A stretch of 64,000 nucleotides of DNA from Eledone cirrhosa (lineage: Eukaryota), in the NCBI GenBank assembly GCA_964016885.1, contig OZ024740.1, forward strand, positions 71,548,001-71,612,000, read 5' to 3'. Position 1 is the first letter of the stretch; every line of letters begins with the position of its first letter. Shown one piece after another: positions 40,293 through 52,728 of the stretch. The notes under the pieces are model-generated. The model was not told the origin of the DNA. It saw only the letters and a program-made list of their open reading frames with translations, and searched no databases. Made by a program: the position numbers and the translations under genes.

Positions 40293-40372
40293 CTTCCAAC
40301 TAATTAGTTTCTGGAATGGAATAAATATATTTTCCGAAGAAAATACAGAGAATCATTCCGTCGTCAGGGAAG
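40293..40372 (-). ncRNA. Type I hammerhead ribozyme candidate (inverted copy)
   Basis: Reverse complement of 40969-41048 with all core positions retained. Confidence 0.72.
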
Positions 40373-40968
40373 ACTATTCTCATCTAAGTATCCAGGCAAA
40401 GCGTGGACTCTGGAGACTTATTAAAAAATAATTCAGTGGTTAGAAATTAGCGTGGACTGAATTCCTAGCCATTGAGAAAATCGCTGCCTCTGCGTCGGTG
40501 CCAAATTCAAAAAAGAATCAATCACGTGACATCGAGGTCAATCAGTGGAAAGTGGTTTGCTAATAAGACAGCGGCCTGCCTGCTACCATAGCAGCAGTCA
40601 TGGCCAATATTGCTCGACAAATAATTTGGAGATAACTATAAAGAATTAATATCTAGTAACATATATATACATACAGATGCATATCAATTTTCTTATTTTA
40701 CGTCTCTCATATTATTGTTCTGCAACCTCATGCATTGAACCACAAAGTTACTAAGACAAAACCTATATATTTGCTAGCAAACCACTTTCCACTGATTGAC
40801 CTCGATGTCACGTGATTGATTCTTTTTGAATTTGCCACCGACGCAGAGGCAGTGATTTTCTCAATGGCTAGGAATTCAGTCCACGCTTTGCTAATTTCTA
40901 ACCACTGAATTATTTTTTAATAAGTTTCCAGAGTCCACGCTTTGCCTGGATACTTAGATGAGAATAAT

Positions 40969-41048
40969 CTTCCCTGACGACGGAATGATCCTCTGTATTT
41001 TCTTCGGAAAATATATTTATTCCATTCCAGAAACTAATTAGTTGGAAG
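40969..41048 (+). ncRNA. Type I hammerhead ribozyme candidate
   Basis: Helix I CTTCC/GGAAG; core CTGACGA (40974-40980); helix II GGAATG/CATTCC extended by a stem capped with C-TTCG-G; GAAA (41030-41033); palindromic helix III AACTAATTAGTT; GUU cleavage triplet. The first helix II pair is a C-A mismatch. Confidence 0.75.
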
Positions 41049-41248
41049 TGAAATTTTAGTAAGTAAGTTAATTTTATAATTTTCTTATTTTACGTCTCTC
41101 ATATTATTGTTCTGCAACCCCATGCATTGAACGACAAAGTTACTAAGACAAAACCTATATATTTGCTAGCATTGATATGCATCTGTATGTATATATATGT
41201 TACTAGATATTAATTCTTTATATGTATATATATGTATATATATGTATA

Positions 41249-41303
<55 letters not shown>

Positions 41304-41321
41304 GTGTATATATATATATAT

Positions 41322-41393
<72 letters not shown>

Positions 41394-41671
41394 ATATATG
41401 TATATATATGTATATGTATATGTATATATATATGTATATGTATATATATATGTATATATATATATATGTATATGTATATATATGTATATATATATATGTA
41501 TATATGATGATGATATATACATATATATATGTATATATGTATATATATATATATATATATGTATGTATATATATATGTATGTATATATATATATATATGT
41601 ATGTATATATATATGTATGTATATATATATATGTATATATATATATGTATGTATATATATATGTATGTATA

Positions 41672-42037
41672 TATAGCGTGATTACTGGTTGTATGAATGT
41701 AACAAAACGAGACAATGTTTGTGTATATAATATTTAATTAACGGTAGATAGAATACTTGACATGTCAAAGATAGATGTTAGAATGAAACAAAGTTAGTAG
41801 TTACCGTTTTGATTGCCAGGCAAACGCGGCTGGCAGAGGGCGCCTGGCTAAGGCCAGGCGCCTGTTGGCCAAATTAATGGCAGAGCCAAATGAGAAGACT
41901 CTTGACCTGGTGCCGAAAAGGCAAAGAGAGAAAGGAAGCTTAAAGTTGTTAGTTTTATAGGGCTCTGACCGGAAGTTGCAGAAAGGGTTCCACTTCCCGT
42001 CTAGATCCTAATCAAAACAAGGGAGACAACCGCTACA
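41672..42037 (-). mobile_element. Solo LTR (~366 bp)
   Basis: Minus strand begins TGTAGCG and ends CGCTATA (one change from CGCTACA); minus-strand TATAAAA near 41955 and ATTAAA near 41735; sits in (TA)n. Confidence 0.7.
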
Positions 42038-42059
42038 TATATATATATGTATGTATATA

Positions 42060-42413
42060 TCATCATCATCATCATCATCAACGTTTAACGTCCGTGTTCC
42101 ACGCTTGCATGGGTTTGGACGGGGGTAGTCCCACTTGAGGCAAGAGTGATTGTCTTGCTCGCATAGGACTGTCTGGCAGGTTTTCTACAGTTGGATGCCC
42201 TTCCTAACACCAACCACATTTACAGTGTGGGTCTGGGAGGTTTTTACCGTGTTGCCTACACGGCCACATTACAGCGTGGACTGTGTGTTTTTTTGTCGTG
42301 ACACCTACACGATCTCATTTGTTTCGGCCTGGATGGTGTGGCACCAACACAACTTTACATAGAACGGGGTGGCGTGGATGGGGTGGGGGTGGTGGGACGG
42401 GGGGGGGGGGGGT
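42060..42413 (-). mobile_element. RTE 3' UTR-only copy
   Basis: Near-identical to 14162-14480; truncated in the C/G-rich tract of the UTR. Confidence 0.9.
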
Positions 42414-42427
42414 AATATATATATATG

Positions 42428-42458
<31 letters not shown>

Positions 42459-42467
42459 GTATATATG

Positions 42468-42504
<37 letters not shown>

Positions 42505-42544
42505 GTATATATGTATATATATATATATGTATATATACATCTCT

Positions 42545-42733
42545 CTACACTTGTCGTCACATGGTATCATGGGCCCAGCACTGTGTCAATAATTGTCACA
42601 AGTGTAGTGTTTGTACCAGAGTTTTCAAGTCGCAGGCAGGACTAAAAAGTCACACTCGTTCAGCGCATCGGTAGGGGTTCTCCTACATGGATATAAAGTA
42701 GTGGCCGTACTCGAAAACGAGTTGGCAGCCACC
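42545..42733 (+). mobile_element. 3' end of an RTE-group LINE with C2H2 zinc finger
   Basis: [23 protein letters not shown], then a short UTR with stem-loop GTGGC…ACTCG-AAAA-CGAGT…GCCAC; same finger type as 31310-31360. Confidence 0.7.
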
Positions 42734-42857
42734 ATATATATATATATGTATATATATGTATATATATGTATATATATATGTATATGTATATATATGTATA
42801 TATATATGTATATATATGTATATATATGTATATATATATATGTATATATATATATAG

Positions 42858-43143
42858 AGAATTAGTATATTTACCAACATATGCGTACAGATGTACACTA
42901 ATGCTAGCAAATACATAAGTTATGTCATAGTACCTAGGTGGTTCAATGCAGGAGGATGCAGAACAATTATATGAAAGACGTAAAATAAGAAAATTTTAAA
43001 AATTAAAAATTAACTTACTTACTAAAATTTTCACTCCATCTATTTAGTTTCCGTAATGGGATAAAGATAGTAGAAACTAATTAGTTGGAGTGAAAATTTT
43101 AGTAAGTTAATTTTTAATTTTTAAAATTTTCTTATTTTACGTC

Positions 43144-43150
<7 letters not shown>
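42858..43150. mobile_element. Diverged relative of the 40241-41222 element, short fold-back
   Basis: 42860-43060 is a diverged reverse complement of about 41020-41215; arms at about 42970-43050 and 43073-43150 include GAAACTAATTAGTTGGAG. Confidence 0.8.
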
Positions 43151-43210
<60 letters not shown>

Positions 43211-43406
43211 TATATATATGTATATATATATATGTATATATATGTATATATATATATATATGTATATATATGTATATATATATGTATATATATATATCTG
43301 TATATATATATATATATGTATATATCTGTATATATATATGTATATATATGTATATATATATATATATACATCTTTGGATTTTAGTCTTCAAATTTATTAT
43401 TATTAC

Positions 43407-43451
<45 letters not shown>

Positions 43452-43483
43452 TGTGTATATATATATATATATATATGTGTTGG

Positions 43484-44032
43484 TATCTGTGTTTCATCAC
43501 ATACATATTAATTTATACACTGCTCAGGGGGTATTTTCCTCCTTCGAGCTGATTCCATTGTAAAAGAATTCATTACCTTATTAATTTTAACTGCTCCTAG
43601 TTTGAGCTGCAAGCCGCCTCATATATACGACTGTTATTTCTAGCAGTACGGTTATGAGACTAGTTAGATACTGCAAAACCATGTGCGTCACGCAGTCTTT
43701 TAAATTATTTAGAAGTGAAGCATATCAATTTGTCTCTGGATGTTTACTGAGGAGAGCGGGACATGATATTCCTACACTTATTTAACTCGAAACATATTTG
43801 GATCTTAAAGTTTAAACTTATCTACGGAACAGGTTTGATTTTGAAATTTAAATGTGTCTAAACATCACGGCCTCTTGGCAATACAGTTCGTCTTCGTTGA
43901 TTTATTATTTTAAATCGATATGGACAAACTGTAGTATAATAATTAGTATACTTCAATCTGGCTAAATTTTCCTTTGCAATATATATACAGATGTGTTGGT
44001 ATCTGTGTTTCATCACATACATATTAATTTAT
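43484..44032 (+). repeat. ~510-bp segment bounded by a ~42-bp direct repeat
   Basis: TGTGTTGGTATCTGTGTTTCATCACATACATATTAATTTATA near 43476-43517 and 43992-44033; internal CTGAGGA-GAG…CTC-GAAAC. Confidence 0.7.
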
Positions 44033-44046
44033 ATATATATATATAT

Positions 44047-44390
44047 GGAGGCACATGGCTTAGTGGTTAGAGCATTGGCCTTGCAATCGAAAGGTTGTGA
44101 GTTCAATTCTCAGACCGGGTGATGTGTTGTTTCCTTGAGCAAGACACTTTATTTCACATTGCTCCAGTTTACTCAGCTGTAGAAATGAGATGATAGGGAC
44201 TGGGGTCCCTATCATTCCACTGCAAAGTGGTCGTGGAGGTGCCACGGCAAAAAAGCACCCAGCACTCACTGTAAATGAGGTTGGTGTTAGGAAGGGCATC
44301 CGGCTGTAGAAATCAAGCCAGCATCAGTTCCCGTCCCACCCTTGCAAGCAGGGAAAAGCGGACGTAAAATGAAATGATGAAATGATGATG
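44047..44390 (+). mobile_element. tRNA-SINE family A
   Basis: Near-identical to 16688-17030; (TA)n on both sides. Confidence 0.9.
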
Positions 44391-44416
44391 ATATATATAT
44401 ATATATATATATATAT

Positions 44417-45050
44417 GTGATAATAGAGGCTCGAATACTCAAGTTATGGGCTTCCAAAATTTTCACTATAGGGGGTTTACCCCCCATTAAGTTGACTTAA
44501 TATTATTGAAATTTTCTGAAATTTTGTGAATAGACATCACATCTTATAATTTATCTATGGTTTAAATTTCATCGAAATCGAAGGGAAAAAGTTTTCAGCG
44601 GGGGTTTGTGTCCCCGGTGAACCCTTTGATTAAAATGAAATAAGGTACTCTACTGTTTTACTATAAAAGTGAGGTGCTTTTTTTGTTGATTAACATTTAA
44701 TTAATAGAAACACCCAGTGATAATAGATGTTCCAATACTCAAATTATGGGCTTCCAAAATTTTCACTATAAGGGTTTAACTCCCATTAGGGTGTCTTAAT
44801 ATTATTGAAATTTGCTGAAATTTTGTGAATCATGGTTTAAATTTCATATAAATCAGAGGGGAAAAGTTTTCAGCGGGCCAAGCAGGAGTTTGTGCCTCTG
44901 GGGAACCCTTTGAATAAAATGGAATATACTTATCCAAGTACCCTGGGCAATGTAGTTTCAGAATATATATGGTTATGGGGGACTATCTCCAAAACCATAG
45001 GAGGAGTTCGTGAACAAACAAACAGACAGGAACTACAACTTTATTATATA
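44417..45050 (-). mobile_element. Helitron/Helentron-like fragment with internal ~300-bp tandem duplication
   Basis: GTGATAATAGA…TTATGGGCTTCCAAAATTTTCACTATA at about 44417 and 44717; ACAAACAAACAGACAG…CTTTATTATATA end. Confidence 0.45.
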
Positions 45051-45079
45051 AAATATATGTATAAATATATATGTATATA

Positions 45080-45280
45080 TCTATATTATAAAGCTGATGG
45101 CCGTATGTATGTAACAAACTTTTCGCCAAACGGCTGGACCAAACAGCACCAAATTTACACCATAGATGTAACTTTTTCCAAGTAAGAAAGTGAGGGCATT
45201 TTTGTCTACTAAATTTAGTTAAAAGATTAAAGATATTTTATTGTTTATTTAAAAATCCACTTCTTTAAAATTTTCAGGTT
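45080..45280 (+). mobile_element. Helitron-like 5' end
   Basis: A|TCTATATTATAAAG start resembling 1253; no 3' CTAG end found before the LINE begins. Confidence 0.45.
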
Positions 45281-45282
45281 GT

Positions 45283-47927
45283 TCTGGGTCTACCTACTCC
45301 GTAACTACCATCAATTTTGATCGCCCTGCACTTTTTTATACAGCTGTCGTCTTTCATGCACATCATGTGACCATACAAACGTAGACTTCTCTCAAGTAAA
45401 CAGCATCTGATCCTCTTATTTCTAATTTCTCACTTAGTTCATTTATGCTTTGCCATTCACGTATATTACTATTACACATCCAACGGAGCATGCATGCTTC
45501 ATTCCTTTCCAGTCTGCGCAGGTCCTCTACACGCAATGCCCATGTCTCACTGCCATGCAGCATTGTTGTTCGTATACAGGCATCATACAATCTGCCTTTC
45601 ATTTTTAGAGAGAAACCTTTTGTGGCCAACAGCGGTATAAGCTCTCTGAACTTTTTCCATCCCGTTCTGACTCTGGCTTCAGAGCAACCTCCACCACTGC
45701 TGATTTCGTCACCCAGGTAACAGAAAGTGTCCACTATTTCTATAGAACCATCTGGGCAATAGAAGGAGCTAGTATCCTGTGGGCACTTGCTACTTATTGC
45801 ACCTAGCATCGGCCACATATAAAATCTACGTTCTTAGATAGTTTACCTGTGATCCCACTACATCTTTTATGTACCCATACTTTGCATTTGGGACATAAAA
45901 TGGAATTTCTGCCTACTCCTTTCCTACACACTGAGCAAGGCCATTTCCCCGAGGGCACCTGTGCCCTATTTTACTTTCTACAAACTAGAACTTTAGTCTT
46001 AGACAAGTTAACTTTAAGGCCTTTTGATTCTAGGCCATTCTTCCATGTTTGGAATTTCTTCTCTAGTTCAGCCATCGATTCAGCTATGAGAGTTAGATCA
46101 TCTGCGTATAGGAGTTCCCATGGGCAGCCGGTGTTAAACTCCTTTGTTATAGCCTGAAGGGCAATAATAAATAGGAGGGTGCTAACGACAGAGCCTTGAT
46201 GAACACCAACTTTTACACAAAATTCTTCACAATATTCATTGTTAATTCTAACCTTACTGACTGTTTCTTTATACATAGCTTGTATAGCTCTCACAAGCCA
46301 TTCATCTACATCTAGTTTTCAAAGAGCCCACCAGATAATGGAGCGGGGGGACTCTGTCAAAGGTTTTCTCCAGGTCTACAAAAGCTAAGTATAGGGGTTT
46401 ACTTTTAGCTTGGTACTTATCCTGTAGTTGTCATACAAGGAAAAGAGTGTCTGTGGTACTTTTACCTGACACAAACTGCATTTCATCTAAATCAGTTCGC
46501 TCTCTGATTAGTTGCGCCATAACTCTTTCTGTGACCTTCATGACCTGGTCAACTAACTTAATGCCTCTATAGTTTCCCCTATCTAGGGCATCCCCTTTAC
46601 CCTTGTAGCAGTTAATGATGATGCTGCTACACCAGTCTTTTGGTATGACCCATTCTGTATGACTTGGTTTACTATCCGGGTGGCCATAGTGTGTCCCACC
46701 ATTCCAGATGCCTTCAGCATCTCAGCAACTATCTCTGAAGGCCCAGCTGCCTTGCCTGTCTTCATATCTTTGATTGCCTTATTTATTATACTACCTTTAA
46801 CTTGCACCGCTGGTACTTCTATTGGATCGATTTGGGGCAGACTATCTTTTTCTCATTTATTCTCCTCATTTAATAATCTCTCGTAGTGACACTTCCAGGC
46901 TATCTTCTTATCAGTATCAGTGAGCGCAAGTACACCTTTATCATTACGGACACACTTCTCCCCGACAATATCACGGTTTTTCTTGGCACATTGTCTAGCA
47001 ATCCTGAACACCTCACGTTTTTAGTCCTCACGTTGTAGAACATGCTTGAACTTTCTATCCTCTGCTTCCCTTTTTGCAAGGTACACTTGTCTCCTAGCTT
47101 CTCTCCTGGCCACTTGATAGTGTTCTCTACTTCCCCCATCCTGCCATACTTTCCAAGCCTGCTTTTTGGCCTTGATTGTCTCTTCCACCTTACTGTTCCA
47201 CCACTACCAAGTTACTCTCCTTCTGCCAATAGGTCTGCTGCAGCCACAGATTTCATCCGTTGCTTTCAGCACGTTCACTTTCAAGAATTCCCACTGTTCC
47301 TCTATATTGCACGTCTCTAATTGATCTTCCTTATTGTCAAAGGCATCAAGTAATAAGCTTTTAAATTTGTCACTGGCTATAGAGTACTTCAACTTCCATA
47401 TTCTTCTCCTCAAGGTAGGCCTCCTCTGTCGTCGAGTACGTCTATTCCTGACTATGAGGTCACTAACTATGAGGCTATGTTGGGAGGTGCATTGTCACGT
47501 CTTCTAGCAAGGATATAATTTATCTGGCTGGCGTGTTCCCCTGATCTATAGGTGATCAAGTGGTTATCTCGTTTTTTGAAGTTTGTGTTACAGATAGTTA
47601 GGTTATTAACATCACAGAATTCCAGGATTCTGAAGCCCTCCTCATTTCTATTTCCAACCCTATAGCCTCCATGGATTCCATCATAGCCATCACTATGTTG
47701 TCCAACGTGACCGTTTAGGTTGCCAGCAATAATTAAGTAGTTGCTGTCGGTTATTTGGGAGGTAGTGTGCATTAGCGTCTCATAGAACCTATCTTTTATA
47801 ACGTCAGGTTGACCAGATTGGGGTGCATAAGCGGATATTATTGTCACAGTAGTTCTATTTAGAACTAGTCTTATTTTAATTATTCTGTCATTTACTCTAT
47901 TTACGTCCATTACCTTATCTACCCATT
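45283..47927 (-). mobile_element. RTE-clade LINE with AP endonuclease and RT, frameshifted and truncated at both ends
   Basis: ORF 47467..47910 (IISAYAPQ, IAGNLNGHVG, NTNFKKR…ITY) plus RT pieces 46583..46807, 45971..46294 and 45363..45818; same family as 34628-36745. Confidence 0.95.
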
Positions 47928-48915
47928 TATATATGTATATATGTATAAATATATATGTATATGTACAAATATCTACACCAATTTAAGTGACCAACTACAC
48001 CGCATGTTATGGTTTGCCCTTCACTTGATCTAAAGGTTGCTTCCATGTGAAATATTCTGTTATGTTAATTTTATTTGTATTACATATTGAACATACGTCA
48101 ACTACTTTCTTTTTTTATCCTTGCCAGACAAACTTTTTATTTTGGGTTTTCTGTCTAGGATGTTCAATTTAATGATGACACATGCCAAGTTGAGTCATTC
48201 ACCACTGGTCAGTTCCTGTTTGTATCTATTTTGGTTGTATTACTTTGCTATTTTTTCTGTATCAAGTCATTCCTCTTCTTTGAGAACAGCACATAATCTA
48301 ATTACCCCATTTCCCATTTTCTATAAACTTAAAGTTGATCCCTAGAATCAATGCTCAAAGCTGTTTTATTTAGTCTGAAATATATATCAGATAAATCTCA
48401 AGCATCTGACTATCACAGCTAACCTCTCCATAAAAATTTAGTCCAGGCTTGTATCATTGGGGTAGCAATGGTATAGGTTGTTGATATATACAGCATCTAT
48501 CGATGCATACACACAAACACTAAATGCAGCAACAATAAAACAAATTCTAACATCGAGTACCTACCTATTGGTTATTGAATAATAATTGTTTCTACTTTAG
48601 GCACAAGGCCAGCAAATTACCCAGTACAGCTGCTGCTGGTATTATTGGTGATTGGGTGGGAGAGGTGGTGGTGGTGGTACTAAAATCTTTCAGCTGAATG
48701 GATTGGAAAACGTGTACATGTGAAGGAGAGGAGAGGCACAACCAAAACACCTTGTTCTATATAGGTACTAAGTAACATCCCTTTTATGTTAAATGAGGTC
48801 AGAGCCATTTGATAAATATTGATCAATAACAAAAGCACTTGCATTAATATGATCAACTAAAAACTTTGATGGCAATGAACCAGAATGGCCTCATTTCAAA
48901 GACTAAAACCAGTTA

Positions 48916-49110
48916 AATAATTGTTTACTACTTTTGGCACAAGGCCAGCAATTACCCAGTACATTACTGGTACTTTATTTTATCGACCCCGTAAGGATGA
49001 AAGGCAAAGTTAACCTCGGCAGGATTTGAACTCAGAATGTAAAGGGACGTAACTATGCTAGAAAGCATGGCGTCCAACTCTCTACCGATACTGCCAATTC
49101 ACCGCCCTTA
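48916..49110 (-). mobile_element. tRNA-SINE family B, near full length
   Basis: Head GGGCGGTGAATTGGCAGTATCGG, B box GAGTTCAAATCC; close match to 60605-60784. Confidence 0.85.
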
Positions 49111-50151
49111 ATGAATAATAATGAACTTCAGTAATGCAGAATTATGCGTTCTGCCTAGAAATCTAGTAAAACACCTTTGCAGGGTTTGAACCCCCTGACC
49201 TTTTAATCAATAATTATTTCACTTCTGTTTTAGGGATGGCACAGTTTTTAGATGATGGAAAAGACTTGCAGGAACAGGTGCCTTCAAGACTTTATGAACA
49301 TGGTTGTGAAACAGAAAATTCAGATGGCAATTTGTTGCAGTATTTAATTAGAAGCAAAATGTACATCAAATGCAGATGAGTGCTACTTATTTGTTTGAAG
49401 ATTCTGTTGGGTTAGCAGAGATCTGCTCAGCAAGGAACAAGAAGACCAGGTTGTAATTTGGGTAGTAAGAATACTTGCAGTGGACTATGCAATACATGAA
49501 GGTTTCATTTGCCTTCTTGAAGTAAGCATTATGATGGTTAATTTTCTCCCAGTTTATAACAGTGTTTGAAGATACACCATATCTCTGTGTATCATAACAG
49601 AAGACTAAATAGATTGGTGTCAATAAGGGCATCTGGCTGAAAAACATTGCCTCAAACAATTTCGTCCAACCTATGGCAGCCCGGAAAAATCAACATAAAA
49701 AAGATAATGATGATGATGATTATAGACAATCATCTTCATTGTACAACTGAACTGCAGATGTGCTTGAATTGAATCATTGGACAGTTTCAGAGTTGTGAGG
49801 ATGGTGTTGGTTCATCTGCTTTGTCAGATGGGTCAATGATGAAGTATGTATGACTCAGTGTAGTTAGCATAGAACTGGTGGAATTCTGGTAATTTAATTC
49901 ACTAAAATACTAATGGTTTGAAGGTGTTGCTGTTTAACTCCACTTCAACCATCATTGAGTAGAACTATGATTAAAGGTATTCAAATCGTGACCCCCCCCT
50001 CTTTTTATATATTAAGTATTTCCTTGTCCATTTATTTTTTAAGATGGGAGAGCAGGATTTCAGAGGAATTAGGCCATTTTCAACAAACTGAGTGACCAAG
50101 TAACAGACTCCTTCATTGACATATGATGTTGTGTGGTATGATGATAGGAGG

Positions 50152-50317
50152 CAGTGCTGGATTTACCATTGTATTTAGGTGTGCTTAAACACAGGGCCCC
50201 ATTGGCCAGGAGGGCCTATCTTCATGCGGCAAACATTTTTTAGGATGAATTTTTCAAATGTTTGGGACCTCATAACTTAACTAGCACAGTGCCTCATTTG
50301 TCCCAAATCTGGCACAG
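50152..50317. mobile_element. hAT-like MITE, old
   Basis: TIRs CAGTGCTGGATTT / AAATCTGGCACAG; imperfect 8-bp TSD ATAGGAGG / ATAAGGGG. Confidence 0.6.
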
Positions 50318-51268
50318 ATAAGGGGTAGGTTGTCTTGAAAAGGTAGCCAATAGAAGATTCAACATGGATATACACTCAGATTAGTGTGTGTGAGAGAGAG
50401 ATAAAACAAAAAAAATGAAGTGAATTGATTCAATTGGAAATTGAACCTGTATCATAGACTTGGCTTACCGAGAACTTTAGCAATTGAAATGATTTTTACC
50501 TTTTCAATATCGATAAGATGCATACGCACACACACGGATCAGGTTCCAGATGTTAGGATAGATGAAAAGAAACTATATAACTATACAGACAAATCAAATA
50601 GTTATTACTATTGCCAATCAAAACTGCAACTCTAGGGAGGACACCAAATACACTTGCTTATCTCCAAGTCAGTCTTAATGGATCAAAGTTAGATAAACAA
50701 AGACATCTCGGCCATGCCCATCTTATTTTAATTTCAAGAGTAGCATATCTAAGCTCACATAATTCCAATATGCCTTTGGTTTTTTAAAGATGACAGGGAA
50801 TGATTTGAGGGAGATTTAGTTGCTATTTCCAGCAAATCGAGCGATTGGGTAGGAATTCTCACATTGGATCGATACCAATATAATTACATTTATATAGGAA
50901 TAGATACACACGCTCACACACATACTCACTCACGTGCATGTATACTCACACGCACAAGAGAATATAAATATTTGTATGGCACTTTTTCGTAACTTCTCTC
51001 CCGACACCCTAATAGAGTTGTGGCCAGGAAAAAGACGAATAAGTGTCCGTTTGTTTATACAAAGTATATCCATATATAGATACATAACATATACATACAC
51101 AAATGTATATATTATACATTAATACAATGAAACAAGGTGTGTTTAGTTTACTTTCGATTATAATCGAAAGTAAACTAATTATTAATAAGTACAGCAAATG
51201 AGTTGCTGGGACATGTCACCAGAAGTTCGAATAAATGTTAGGTCTTTTTCTTCACAAATACTATTTCG

Positions 51269-51300
<32 letters not shown>

Positions 51301-51301
51301 T

Positions 51302-51648
51302 CAGTTGTACTCCAGTATTCGCGGGGTTACGTTCCTAGAGCACAAGCGAAGAGCGAAAAACCGCGAATATCGGATGTGGTCCATTAAAATGTCTATAAAC
51401 GTCAAAATATAATAAAAAAAAGGGAGCGTCTTATGCAAAGAGGCGTCCAATAGGCCAGCAAATATGGTATATTGCTATTAACAATTTAGCGTTAAAAAAA
51501 AATATATTGCCACGAAGAAAGCCATAAAAAAGTCGCGGAAGATATTTAGGATTCCGCGAATATGCCGTCGTTTCCACGAACAATTATTAGTTAGGTTCAA
51601 AGGAAAATTCAGCGAATAAATGGGACCGCGAATGTCGGGGGTACACTG
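51302..51648. mobile_element. Tc1/mariner (Tigger-like) MITE
   Basis: Imperfect TIRs CAGTTGTACTCCAGTATTCGCGG / CCGCGAATGTCGGGGGTACACTG|TA; repeated CCGCGAAT motifs; inserted in (TA)n. Confidence 0.7.
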
Positions 51649-51949
51649 TATATATATATATTCGTGCGTATGTGTGGTCACTGAAGGGGATTGAACTTTA
51701 AACTTTCAATAATAAATAAAACAAACGTATTGAGTTCTCTCTTTCTTGGAGGTAGTAGAATCAAGTACTATTACTAGTAATCTCTCTCTCTATATATTTA
51801 TACATAAAATATAATATAACACACACGTTTAAAATTCGTATATATATACACACACACACATATATATATATATACATACATACACGATTATATGCATATC
51901 ATTTGGTGAGCAGGATACCTCTTTAGTTCTTCAATGTGAAAATAAATTC

Positions 51950-52466
51950 CTATTTAACTTTCAGAGTTCACTTACACATGCGAATACAGTCACATCAGTT
52001 TCTATTTGCGGTTGCTGAGTTATCCAACCGCCTACACACGGCATACAAAAATCTACTAAGGTCTTCCCCCGCCCTCACTTGGGTCGACCAACCTGAGCAG
52101 CGAAGTTGTGTGTGCGAGCACCTTGTTCTGTGTGTCTGGTCACAACGAGGCTGGGTGTTCGGCAATCAACAGATTGCTTTTTTTTTCTCTCTTTCTCTCT
52201 CCTTCTCCCAGTCTCTCTCATTTTACTGACACTTTAAAGTGGTCAGTCTAGTTTGTATCTACTAGTGATTACACCTTTTCTTAAAATACGTAATCCACTT
52301 TTATATAAGTACCAGTACCTCAGTTGGATCGGACTTTAATTATCTCAGAGACGCTACCCTAGAGCTAAACAACGAAAAAAAAAAAAAAAAGTCGGACAAA
52401 AACGAAACCAAATATATATATATACTAAAGACTGGGGAACAGTAGTTAAAACTATTTTTTCCCAAA
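51950..52466 (+). promoter_or_regulatory. Probable vinculin promoter / 5' UTR region
   Basis: Unique, relatively CpG-retaining sequence directly upstream of the ATG; GC box CCCCGCCC at 52067-52074. The TSS cannot be determined from sequence. Confidence 0.4.
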
Positions 52467-52523
52467 ATGCCGGTCTTTCATACGAAGACCATCGAAGGAA
52501 TCCTTGAGCCAGTAGCTCAGCAG
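52467..52523 (+). CDS. VCL: Vinculin, first coding exon (19 codons), followed by a phase-0 intron
   Basis: Encodes MPVFHTKTIEGILEPVAQQ, matching the conserved vinculin N-terminus (MPVFHT[R/K]TIESIL[E/D]PVAQQ); AAAATG start context; donor CAG|GTAAGT at 52524. Too short for the ORF track. Confidence 0.93.
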
Positions 52524-52672
52524 GTAAGTTTCGCTTGGAATGAAACATTTTTTAGAATTTTCTATTTTTAAAAATAATTTTCCTCTCGTTGCAATTATCT
52601 CAATTTAATGATGATATTTTGTGCAAGTTACTCTTTCTTTGGATCCCACTGCAGTATATACTATATACATAC

Positions 52673-52725
<53 letters not shown>

Positions 52726-52728
<3 letters not shown>

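Larger units (their letters stand above)
40241..41222. mobile_element. Non-coding hammerhead-bearing fold-back element (retrozyme/PLE-derived candidate)
   Basis: ~320-bp inverted arms at 40241-40562 and 40775-41100; direct repeat 40689-40779 / 41080-41171; inverted copy 40637-40688 / 41171-41222; (TA)n flanks. Confidence 0.85.

Noticed and set aside
42603-42674. Host C2H2 zinc-finger gene
   Set aside because: It is a single finger with no TGEKP linker, followed by a LINE-like 3' stem-loop and flanked by (TA)n; it fits an RTE C-terminus.
51900-52466. CArG box (SRF site) as in the mammalian vinculin promoter
   Set aside because: No CC(A/T)6GG match was seen by eye in this interval.
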